64,000 bases of DNA from Octopus vulgaris (Eukaryota), in NCBI GenBank assembly GCA_951406725.2, contig OX597814.1, positions 139,624,001 through 139,688,000 on the forward strand, in the 5' to 3' direction. The notes below the pieces were generated by a model. The model did not search any database. It was not told the DNA's origin and was given only the letters and a program-made list of their open reading frames with translations. Position numbers and translations under genes: made by a program. Below are positions 11,630-23,327 of the stretch, one piece after another (within the stretch, counting starts at the first letter, position 1; each line of letters opens with the position of its first letter).

Positions 11630-13844
11630 GTGGAAAGGAAAATGGATAGTAAAGTCCTGTTTATTTTCAAAATTACAAATTGTTGACTTTCAAAACTATA
11701 ATTACGAACTGGGTACATATATTCCTTTATAGGATGCTTTAAAATACTTTTTTCAAACATATATAATCGACCCTTTATAGCTGGTTTTAATATACTCGCT
11801 TCCTTAGATTTTGCTTCTTTTTTTGTTGTTGTTTTTTGTCATTTTTTAAAAAAACTTAGCAACTACTGTTAATTCAGTCATCTGTGAAATTAAAATGTAC
11901 TGCTGTGACTGTTTCTTTTTCTCTTTCCTCTAAACGAGAAAAAATGTATATGGGGAATTGAGAAATGTTATGATGATGATGGTAGTGTAACAGTGACCGT
12001 GGTAGTTGTGATGTTTGTGTCTGTTTAACATGCAATGTTTTCACTTTCACAACATGTACTCCGGTGAAATAGGAAATCATGTGACTGATTTTAGTCTCTT
12101 TGGGACGTTTTTTACGACATAGCTCAACAAACAATACATAAATAAATACACTGTTACTGATAGGTAAGAACCAACAAAAGAAACTAAAAAAAAAAAAAAA
12201 AATCATGACTTAAATAAACAGCAAACAATTAATTGAGAACAAAGCTTTAAATTAGCCTATCTTAAATTAGTCTTAAGTTAAAGAAGTAAACAAGTATTTA
12301 TGTACATCTTCAAAGTCTGCAAATACTTCAGATGTTTACATTTTCTGTAGTGAACGAAAAAAAATAATAAAAAATAATTAAAATCAAAAGTGAGCCTCTT
12401 TATGGCTAATTGGATTGAACTATTGATATTTAAATGTTCTGTACTGGTGGCAGGACTACTGTCCTTTGTCTTGTGATTGTCAGGTCTACATCCTAATGAC
12501 TCATCTAATTAAGAGTCTTAATTTTATAGTTTGTTGAGTAGAATAAATAAGCCTTGCCACAGAATTCAAACTGATTGTTATAAAGTTTGGTGTTATTGTT
12601 TACAAGTTTCTTCATGTTCTTGCTTCGGATGCGAAATATACAGAAAGTTTTTGGTGATTCTTTCTGAAAACATTTATCAACTCATGTATCTTTATTTCAT
12701 GGCAACTCAGTCTTTTTGTCTTTCCAATTTTATTTTTTAGAACACATTAATTTTATAGGAAAAAAATCATGAGTTTGTATTCAGGAATAGTTTAACTGAA
12801 ATAAAGATAAAACAATTGATTTTACACTTTTTCTAATGAGAACAGTAACATATTAGTTAGAAAGCTTTATTTAATCTTTTATAATTATAAATTTTTCAGC
12901 TAATCAAAAGCTGTTGTTAAATGAACTGTTAAATGTATCAAAAGAACAAAAGAAATATATGAAAATAATTACTAAAGAGGAAATCTTGATAAAAATGAAA
13001 TAGCTTTTATTTTACTCTAGATTTAATTAACCTCCAATTAAGATCTTGAAAGCTATGCTGAATGCTGTGTGTGCTCTCTGCCACTAGGTCAATTACTTCA
13101 TATTTTAAAGAACACCAAACTACTGATATCTTCTATGCTATTTCATTTTTGCTTAATTTTTATCAAAAGTCTTTTAAATTTTTTAATGTTTTTTTTTCAT
13201 GTTTTAGTTCCTTTTATTTACACTAGGAATTTTGAAATATCTGCACACTATGAAATGTCTGACTTGAAACATTTTATTTATTTTATTGGGGCTTGTTAAT
13301 TTATCCTTTATCTAAAATAATTTCCAACATTGTTTTCATTGTGTCACAATCATTTTGTGTAGAAAGACATCTCACAGAGAACATTGTCTTTTGCGTTATT
13401 TTTTTCGCCACAGTATGTGATGGCTTGCTAAGATCATGCACATCACTCTGCTATTTTGGACTAAATTTAAAAAAAAAAAAGAGTAAACAAGATTAGCAAT
13501 TGTATGGTCACAAGTTCTAACTTTTCTAATAGCTAGTTGTGCTCTTCTCCTCTTATCTGTTTCATGAACAACATTGCTGAACAGCATAAGAATTTCCTGC
13601 CAAACCACCATATTTGATGGCATTAATGATGCATGGGCATATTAGATGCTGTCCCCTCACATCTCTCATTTCAGCAGCACATATCCAGGGGAAAAGGTTT
13701 TTATTGAATTAAACATGTGATATAAGTCTAACTTCATACAGAGGATTTGGCTGATTGTTTTGCACCTTTGTTGTAATAAAAGTGAAATTCTGTCTGTCTG
13801 AGATCTCTGTATCTCAGACTACATTTGCTCTACATAGACATATT

Positions 13845-14080
13845 TATTTCTTTATTGCCTACAGGGAGCTAAACATAGAGGGGATACACTAGTACAAACA
13901 AAGGGATTAAGTTGATTACATCGACTTCAGTACGTAACTGGTATTTATTTAATTGACTCCGAAAGGATGAAAGGCATAGTCAACCTTGGCGGAATTTGAA
14001 CTCAGAACATAACAGCAGATGAAATACTGCTAAGCATTTCGCCTGATGTGCTAACGTTTCTGCCAGCTCACCGACTTCCA
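13845..14080 (-). mobile_element. SINE family B with 18-bp TSD
   Basis: gctctacatagacatatt repeated at 13827-13844 and 14081-14098. Confidence 0.92.
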
Positions 14081-14689
14081 GCTCTACATAGACATATTAT
14101 ACCTTTTTGGAATCAGGATGATCCTGGGATTCAAAATCTGCTCTTCATTTGATTCTTGAACATTCAGCATTCAGATATGATTTAAAAGCATTTGGGTTGC
14201 TACTTTTAGCAGGTAAAGCTTGGTTGGTGTTTGTCACAGGACATCAGAGATAAATGACATTCACTTTGTAAATTTTATCTCGAAATAAGAACTTTGGGAG
14301 AAATAGGCCAACAGTTGGAATTCTACTTGGGATTGGAACGATAAAATGATTGCATTACAGAATTAATTCTCATGCATCCTTAACCTCTGATCAAACACCA
14401 ATGGTGCATATAATCATTATAGACGTATTATAGTCATGCTATTTAACTCTCTTTAGTTTTGGGCCACATAGTGTGGCTTTTAAGCTATTTTGAATAAAAA
14501 AGTGTTCTTATGCCATCAAATACTGTACATGCCTATAGGTTCCAACTGTCACATAGTTTTTGGATTAAAAAGTTTCTTGTCCAAATTGCACCATTTTAGC
14601 ATCTTCTGACAAGAGGAGTTGCTTTCAGGCTCACCCTCTGCCAACACTGGTGTATCAAGAAGTTCAGTGAAATCCCCCAAACTTTTCTT

Positions 14690-14880
14690 CCTACATATTG
14701 GTTTCAAATTTTGGCATGAAGCTAGCAATTTCAAGGTAAAGCTAAGTTGATTAAATCTACCCCAGTGCTCAATTGGTTCTTATTTTATCAATCCCAAAAG
14801 GTAAAAAGCAAAGTCGACTCCAGTGGCATTTGAACTCAGAACATAAAGATGGATGAAACACCACTGAACATTTTGACAAC
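14690..14880 (-). mobile_element. SINE family B, decayed
   Basis: aaagcaaagtcgactccagtggcatttgaactcagaac core. Confidence 0.75.
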
Positions 14881-15554
14881 TCAAACTGTGGTGACCCTGT
14901 TGAATTCAAGAATTTGCTTTACTGTTCATGTCACTTAGCTCCTGACTTATACACTGCCTGTCTCTGTGAATCTAGCCTCTTTTAACATGTGCCAGAGCAA
15001 ATCTGATTGAACAGATCTGTCGTGATATCAACACTCAAACATGTGGAAGATGTTTACCTATAATTTTATTGGTCAGATTTTTGTTGATGTCATTACTCAT
15101 TCCGCCAAAACTCTAGTTTTTGTTTCTGATTGAAAGTAACAAGTCTGGTATTAAAAATCAGCCTATAGATCTGCTATATTATCAAATAATGTCCTGATAT
15201 TTAGTGTCCATATTCCATTCTTTCACAGAATACTTGTTAAACATGGCATGTTTTATGAAGTTTAGTATAAATCAGAACGAAACCAGGCCCCTTGTATTCT
15301 TTTATTGTTTTAATGGTTTTAGTCATAGGACTACAGCCATGCTGGAACATTGTCTTAAGTGTTGCATGTTTATTTTTGTCTGTCAGATTAAGGATGATCT
15401 TAATTTATTCTACATCATTTGCCATTTGTAAAGTTTAGAAAAACATGAAATAATAATTTTGAAAAATATGTGTATTTTATATATGTAGAACATAGCTTCA
15501 AGAGAATGTAAATATTGAGTCCATTCTGCCAGATGCCATTGTATGAATGATCAA

Positions 15555-15770
15555 TAATTCTTCTATTATAGGTACAAGGCCTGAAATTTGCAGGCGGGGG
15601 TAAGTCGATTGCATCGACCCCAGTGCATAACTGGTACTTATTTAATTGATCCCAAAGGGATGAAAGGCAAAGTCGACCTTCGTGGAACTTGCACTCAGAA
15701 CGGAGCAACAGGCGAAATATTGTTAAGTGTTTCGTCCAGCATGCTAGCAATTCTGCCAGCTCGCCGCCTA
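15555..15770 (-). mobile_element. SINE family B (aggcctgaaattt tail variant)
   Basis: Core and gccagctcgccgcc head present; gtatgaatgatcaataat repeated on both sides (probable TSD). Confidence 0.88.
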
Positions 15771-15889
15771 GTATGAATGATCAATAATGTCATGATAGAC
15801 TAAATGACAAAATTTGATCTTTTGACAGTTACAAATTTGGTTCAGTTATATTTCTAATGATTATAATGACCATTTTTCACATTTCTATC

Positions 15890-16245
15890 ACGTAAAAAAC
15901 CCCATTCGAGCGTTATCGTTACCTGCGTCACCTTACTGGCATGTGAAAAAACATTCAAGCAAGGTCGTTGCCAGTGCCGCTGGACTGGCTCCTGTGCAGG
16001 TGGCACATAAAGAGCACCATTTGAGTGTGGCCACTGCCAGTACCTTCTGGCTGGCCCTCGTGTCGGTGGCGCATAAAAGCACTTACTACACTCTCGCAGT
16101 GGTTGGCATTAGGAAGGGCATCCATCTGTAGAAACTCTGCCAGATCAGATTGGAGTCTGGTGCAGCCATCTGGTTCGCCAGTTCTCAGTCAAATCGTCCA
16201 ACCCATGCTAGCATGGAAAGCGGACATTAAAGGATGATAATGATA
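15890..16245 (+). mobile_element. RTE LINE 3' UTR fragment
   Basis: gtggttggcattaggaagggcatcc...gcatggaaagcggacattaaaggatgat. Confidence 0.85.
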
Positions 16246-16249
16246 TATA

Positions 16250-16677
16250 CCTGTTGAAATATGCTACCTTTGTTTCAATCAATTTTGAAAATAATGAAGA
16301 ATTAGGTAAAATAATGTTGACATTAAGCTGATATTTGGAACATAAATTAACTTGAAATTATAATGGAAGATTTTAATTTAGATAATTTTAACTATGAAGT
16401 TTATATCATAGATCCAAGGATGGACTCAGGTGGGTTGGAAACAGAAGGATTAACCTATTAGAATTCGGATTATTCTGGCAAAAGTAATACTTATTCATTC
16501 ACATTGTTTTGAATTAATTATGCATTTTCTCACATTCTTGAGATTTTGATGAAGTAACTATTAATTTTTAGAATAATATTGTAGGTTTGGTGTGAGAAGC
16601 CAGATCTGGAAAGTTTGAACATAAAGCAGACGGAATATTTTGGCCAAATATGGCTGGTTTAAATGCCCAAGGGTTAA
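16250..16677. mobile_element. Two adjacent piggyBac-like (TTAA) MITEs
   Basis: ttaacc...agggttaa termini at 16450-16677, with a related copy at 28750-28970; the left element (16250-16454) recurs at 20540-20718 and inverted at 26760-27910. Confidence 0.7.
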
Positions 16678-16712
16678 ATATGTAAAACAGTTTAAAATAT
16701 TTTAATAAGTAA

Positions 16713-17068
16713 CGTTGCCGGGTCATAGTGCTAGTGCATGCATATACAGCTGTGTGTGTGTGCACATACACGCGAGTACTGTTCAAATCTCTGACCAATC
16801 ACATACAGCTAGCTGGCATTCAATTGGCGTATCAAGTTTCGGGCATTTTGATTGGGTTTTGGATAGAAAATTTGCAAAAAAGTCACTTCTGTTGATTTTT
16901 TAATGGCTTTGCGGGGTGACCTTTGGAAATGTAAAGATGTGCACGACCACCCTTGGATGGTTTTGAATGACCATAGAAAGTGCAAGCCCTCTAACTGAAA
17001 AATTGTGGATTTGTATAAAGGATACACACACACACACACAGACATTTTGCTGTTTATATATAGAGAGA
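16713..17068 (-). mobile_element. Non-autonomous Helitron, 3'-truncated copy
   Basis: Reverse complement of 50651-51014; A|TC 5' end; ends in the loop of the terminal hairpin. Confidence 0.85.
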
Positions 17069-18141
17069 TGTAAATCAGTGGAAAATTCTGGTTCTGTAAT
17101 TTTCTTTTATTTCAAAACAAATTATGTCTTAGCTTGAGAAAGAAGAGTAACAACAATAATTCTTCAGAGCCTTCAAGCCTGGTGTGAGAAAGGGACAAGA
17201 GTTTTCTTCAGATTGGAGACTCCAGCCTGAATACATGGGTATATAGTGGACTCCATTGAAAGTACCCAAGTTCCAGGTGGTGCTGTTAAACCAGTCAACA
17301 GGTTAAAACTATCACTGAAGAACAGGAAGTCCTTCAACAGATATTCACACAACTTTCATTTACCAAATGTTATTAACATAGCTTTGATTGGTCTGAAGCA
17401 TGGTGTGTAGTTTATTTTGGTGTACTTGTCTAACAAGTGACTTTATATGAAAAATCGTTGAAACTGAAATAGCAACACCATGAAAACATCATATTTACCA
17501 TTTCAGAAAATATAAAACCTGTTGCATTCGTTTTCGTTTGTTTATAATAGTACTATGTACTTTGAAGTGTGTACTCTGCAATGTAGTGATTGACACAATT
17601 CCAGTTGCCAGGCTTCAGAAGCATGGCAACTTTTTTTGTTTTTTGACACTTCATAGTACATAGTACTATTAATAAATGAAAGTGAATGTAACAAGTTATT
17701 TTGTGTGTTCATAAAGGAGTATATACTTAACAAACTCAAAATAGCAGAGACAATAATAGTGGTAGCGGTTAGAGATTGGTATGTAACAGTATATCAATAG
17801 TTATAGTGTTGATATGCAATTATATATCTATCTGTATCGTAGCATTGTTTTTAAACAGATTTTTATGTCATCAAAGGCAGGCCTGCAAAAGAGAAAGAAA
17901 GAGAGAGAGAGAGGTCATTGTTTCTTAGATAAATTATACAATTTAGCTGGGCTGATGATGAGAGCAAATTGCTTCCAAGAATGATGGCAACGATGTTGAT
18001 GACAATGATGCAAAATTTTTGTTTTTATAATTATAAATTTTTTTTACAGTTTTAGATTTTTCTTCTTTATCATCATCATCATCATTATTATTATTCTTTC
18101 GTAACACAGTGTAGGTAAAAATGCACTGGAGTCTTTAGTCA

Positions 18142-18142
<1 letters not shown>

Positions 18143-18183
<41 letters not shown>

Positions 18184-18378
18184 CATCATTATTATTTGTA
18201 TACACTCAACAGATTAGCCTGTTGGAAGAGAAAAAAATCCTAACATCAGGCTACAGTAAGTAACCTTAGATGCCAAGAACCCTTCTAAGTATCCTAGCTG
18301 TCCCTAATAACACTATTTTCTGCAGCTGTACTGAACTGGGTTTTCTGCCTATTTCTTCTAGCCATCTGTTCAGATCTT
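18143..18378 (-). mobile_element. R4/Dong-clade (RLE) non-LTR retrotransposon 3' fragment
   Basis: Minus-strand peptide DLNRWLEEIGRKPSSVQLQKIVLLGTARILRRVLGI* (R4/Dong C-terminal LQK..LLGTARILR motif), short 3' UTR, (AAT)n tail. Confidence 0.8.
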
Positions 18379-18449
18379 TAGGGATAATAATAATCTTTTC
18401 TACTAAATGCAGAAGGCCTGAAATTATAATAATGATAATAATAATAATA

Positions 18450-19114
18450 AGGACAGTGAGCTGGCAGAACCATTAGCACGCTGGGTGAAATACTTAGCAG
18501 CATTTTGTCTGTCTTCATGTTCTGAGTTGAAATTCTGCTGAGGTTGATTTTGCCTTTCATCCTTTTGGAGTCAAGAAAATAAGTACCAGTTAAGCACTGG
18601 GGTCGAGGTAATCAACTTACCCCCTCTCACGAAATAACTGGGCATATACCAAAATTTGAAACCATCATCATCATCATCATCATCATTATTATTATAAAAG
18701 TGGCAAGCTGGCAGAATCATTAGCACGCCGGACGAAATGCTTGGCGGTATTTCGTCTGCCGCTACATTCTGAGTTCAAATTCCGCCAAGGTTGGCTTTGC
18801 CTTACATCCTTTCGGAGTCGATTAAATAAGTACCAGTTACGCACTGGGGTCAATATAATCGACTTAATCCGTTTGTCTGTCCTTGTTTGTCCTCTCTGTG
18901 TTTAGCCCCTTGTGGGTAGTAAAGAAATAGGTATTTCATCCGTCTTTATGTTCTGAATTCAAATTCCACTGTGGTCAACTTTGCTTTTCATCCTTTTGGG
19001 GGCCAATAAATTAAGTACCAGTGAAACACTGGGGTCGATGTATTCAGCTGGTCCCCTTCCTACAAATTTCAGGTCGTGTGCCTTTAGTAGAAAAGATTAT
19101 TATTATTATTATTA

Positions 19115-19155
<41 letters not shown>

Positions 19156-19312
19156 TTTGAGTTCAAATTCCACCAGGGTCAGTTTTACCTTTCATCTTTT
19201 CAGGGTCGATAAAATAAGTACCAGCTGAGCACTGATATAACTGACTAGCTCCTACTCATCAAATTTCAAGCCTCGTGCATGCAGTAGAAAGGATTATTGT
19301 TGTCGTTGCTGC

Positions 19313-19375
<63 letters not shown>

Positions 19376-19610
19376 CATGAAGAGAGTAAGCCGAAAGAAT
19401 CATTACCATGCCAGGCAAAATGTTTAACAGTATTTCTTCTGGCTCTTTATGTGCTGAGCTCAGATCCCACCAAGATTAACTTTGCCTTTTGGGGGTCCAT
19501 AAAATTAAGTACCAATCAAATACTGGCTGATGAAATTGACTTGCCCCTTCCCTCAAAATTACTGGCCTTGTGCCAAAATTAGAAAGAATTATTATTATTA
19601 TTATTGTTAT
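18450..19610 (+). mobile_element. Tandem cluster of about 6 family B SINEs separated by (ATT)n
   Basis: Repeated gagttcaaattcc..ctttgcctttcatccttt..aagtaccag cores in the same orientation. Confidence 0.9.
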
Positions 19611-20799
19611 TGGTTTTGTTCAGTTTTTCTTATAGGAGCAGAGGGCTGTGAGGGTTGCCATGTTTAATGAAATTAAAATGGTTTTACCCATCAAGGCATA
19701 GAAAAAAGAATTACATGGATACAAACTCTATTCTCTCTTCTCATTAATAAAGGGAAGTGGTGATGATAAAAAGAAAAGATTTTCCTAGTATTTCCTGCAG
19801 CTGAGGTTTTGGGGTAGGAGTGGTAGTTGTCAGTTTTAGGATGCTTGGGTTAGTGAAATCAGTGAGAAAACAATGTTTTTATTAATAATATTGTAACTTC
19901 ATTTTTTATTTTGTGCAAATGTATCAACACACACACACATATGATCATTAGTATTATGATGGCTACAAGGTACAGACTAAATAAATATTTTGTTTCTACT
20001 TCATGAATCATATTGTTAAATTTCTATTTCTCCGTGACCTTAATTTAGATGACATACAAAATACAATGAATTTTAAATTATTTATAAATAATTGAAATTT
20101 ACAATTTTTTACTCTCTCGTATTAAAATAGTTCTGATAGATTATATGTTGTGATTGTTTGGCTGCAGGTCAGCCCTGAACAAGTACAGACCGCTGGTGAA
20201 AGACATTCCACTTGTAACCATCTTTTCTCACTTTTGGACACTCTTATCTTATAGTACTAACTCAAATGTTTTGAGTTCAATTCTATTCCAAGCATTTTGT
20301 TATGTGTCTAGGGACCTGACTTAGCTTTCAGAAATAGCTCTCAGATCAGATGGAAATGTAACTGAAGATGAACCAGTATCTTATTTAAGCACAAGGTAAA
20401 ACTGTTAAGTGTGTGATTTGAGAGAAATTTGCTGCTATGTTCATATAGTTCAAGAGACATCTTGTATGAGGTAACCAATGACAGGACACAGAGGCACTGT
20501 CATTGGTCTCCTCATAAAAGTTCCTTTACATGTTACAGATTTATTTTGAAAATAATGAAGAATTTAATGAAATAATGTTGTCATTAAGCTGATATTTGGA
20601 ACATAAATTAACTTGAAATTATAATGAAAGATTTTAATTTAAATCATTTTTACTATGAAGTTTTATCATAGAACCAGAGATGGCTTCAGGTGGGTTGGAA
20701 TGAAAAAAAAAAGGTTAAATATCCAAAACACTTTAAAGTATTTTAGTAAATAATGTGGAATGAACCTGTGGAAGAGATAGATCTAGGAAGATGTGAGAT

Positions 20800-21155
20800 G
20801 AGGTGATGAAACATGATCTTTGATTGTGGCATCTCACAGAGGCAATGACAATTGATTGTGACTTTTGATGGTTTGCTAAGCTTGAGAAGACACGTCAAGC
20901 CATGTGAAATCATAGCTATGGCCAGTGCCAATGACGTGTAACAGCTGCCATGCTGGTGACAATTAAAAGCACCTGTGCTGGTGACACGTAAAAGGCACCC
21001 ACTACATTCTTGGAGTGGTTGGCATTAGGAAGGACATCCAGCCATAGAAACCAAGCCTAATTCAGACTGAAACCTGCTGCAGTTTTCTGGCTTATTAGTT
21101 CCAGTCAAACCATCTAACCCATGCCAGCATGGAAAGTGGGCATTAAATAATGATG
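20800..21155 (+). mobile_element. RTE LINE 3' fragment, decayed
   Basis: aggaagatgtgagatgaggtgatgaaacatgatctt (RKTWDEVVKHDL-like), then the 3' UTR. Confidence 0.8.
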
Positions 21156-22206
21156 AATGTAAATTGGTGGAAAATACCAAGAGTAAGTGGTATGACAAAG
21201 GTATTCCAGCTATGACCATCCTGTCTATTTTCATATGCCAGCATATGATGATGGTATTGTTTAGTCTGTTTTTCCCTCTTCCTTTGAAGACTGCAGTGTG
21301 TGCGATTTATGAGCAACTGAGATAGTTTTTGTGTAAGTTGATAATTTTTTAAGGCAGTAGGCTATTGAAAGCCTTCCCTTTTTCTTTGCATGTATCACAG
21401 TCTACATTCTCTAATGTATCCTTCCTTTTAGAAGGTAGGGTGTTGATTTGGGGAATATTTAGTGGCTTATTTCTAGCATGGGTGGACTTTTAATAAACAG
21501 CTACTACCTATCTTTGACATTACCAGTGATAAAGTACTGTAATGTATCCTGTATTCAATGTATCCTTACATTTTTTTGAGGCTGTAGCATGTGATTTGAG
21601 TGAAATTTGTTGCTATTTCTAGCAGTTTCAGCAACTGCTCTGTCCACTTTCAAACATATTCATACATAGTATAGATATGTGGTTAAGAACATCACTTCCC
21701 AACTACATGGTTTCAGGTTCAGTCTACTATAGCAACTGTGAGTTAGTTGAAGGCAACTGAAAGAAGCTCATTATATATATATATATATATGTATATGTAT
21801 ATAAGATATGTATTCCATGTTAACATGTTTGGCTATGTTTATAATATATCTTCCGTAATGTATTAAAACATTACTTTTTAATTATATATATATATATATC
21901 AATTTTCACATCAACTTAACTTGGATTTATTGTTTTAAGTTCCATAAGCTGCAGTAATCATTCAAAGAAATCATCTTGTATAAACATTTAGTGTTAACTA
22001 GCAAGATTATATCAGCAGACAAAATTTCATCAGCCCTCACAGATAGGACTCTTGTATCATGTGATTTTGATGTAATTTTTTCCTCGTCAGAAACAGACAC
22101 CACTGAATGCCAGACTGAAATCTCATCAAACCAAAATACTTTAATACTGACTAAACAGTCAGTGATGTCTCAAAAAGCTGGTGGGCTCTGTGTAAATTAG
22201 TCATTA

Positions 22207-22423
22207 GTAATGGAAGCAGTCTTTGTAATGAATGTTATTTTGCATATCCAACTTAACTTGGACGTGTTGTTTAAATCCCATAAGCTGCAGTATTTGTCCT
22301 GAAAAATCATCTACAAATGTTTGGTGCTATGTAGCACAGATTGTATTTGGGCATTAAAAACAAAACTTCGAAGTTGAGTTGAATGTACAAATTAATATTC
22401 ATTACAAAGACTGCTTCCATTGC
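22207..22423. mobile_element. MITE with 27-bp TIRs
   Basis: gtaatggaagcagtctttgtaatgaat / attcattacaaagactgcttccattgc (26/27); related partial copies at about 21855-21960 and 54018-54090. Confidence 0.8.
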
Positions 22424-22644
22424 TTGTGTGTGTGTAAATGGTGTGTGTAAATGGGAACCACCATGATATAAGCAGTGTCATTCATTTCTTCCTTTCTTCT
22501 GTGGAAACATGTCAGGCTGTGAGGAAATATTACCTTGCCTGGAAACAAGTGAGGGTTGGTAACAGGAAAGCTACTTGGCTGTAGAATATCTGCCTGGATG
22601 AATTCTATCTAAGCCCACACCATGCAAGCATGGAACAGTGGACA

Positions 22645-22693
<49 letters not shown>

Positions 22694-22694
22694 T

Positions 22695-22915
22695 TCTATT
22701 CTTTTATTTGTTTTAGTTATCTTGACAGCAGCCATGCTGGAGCACCGCCTTTAGTCAAACAAATTGACCCCAGGACTTTGAAAGCCTAGTACTTATTCTA
22801 TCGGCCTCTTTTGCTGAACTACTAAGTTACAGGGACATAAACACACCATCATCAGTTTTCAAGCGATGTTGGTGGGACAAACACAGACTCACAAACATAT
22901 GCCCATACACATACA

Positions 22916-22963
<48 letters not shown>

Positions 22964-23073
22964 GCCTGCTCGCTTAGCCAACGGGGTGGTGTCATTCGAA
23001 GGCTAAAACAATGCGAAGCGCATTGTGACCAGCGATGTGTAACTACATCTGATGGTCTGGTCAGTCACGTGAT

Positions 23074-23118
<45 letters not shown>

Positions 23119-23282
23119 ACGGGCTTCTTTCAGTTTCCGTCTACCAAATCCACTCACAAGGCTTTGGTTGGCCTGAATCTATATTAGAAGACACTTGCTC
23201 AAGGTCCCACGTAGTGAGGCTAAATCTGGAACCATGTAATTGGTAAGCAAGCTACTTACCACACATCCACTCCTGCACCTAT
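22695..23282 (-). mobile_element. SINE family A with a 120-bp insert in its internal (TA)n
   Basis: Family A tail and head present; unrelated CpG-rich insert at 22961-23080. Confidence 0.88.
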
Positions 23283-23327
23283 ATGTGTGTGTGTGTGTAT
23301 GTTTATATATACATATATATATGTATA

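Noticed and set aside
11965-12090. C/D-box snoRNA candidate (atgatga...ctga)
   Set aside because: The C box is part of a (TGA)n run; no terminal stem or recognisable rRNA antisense element
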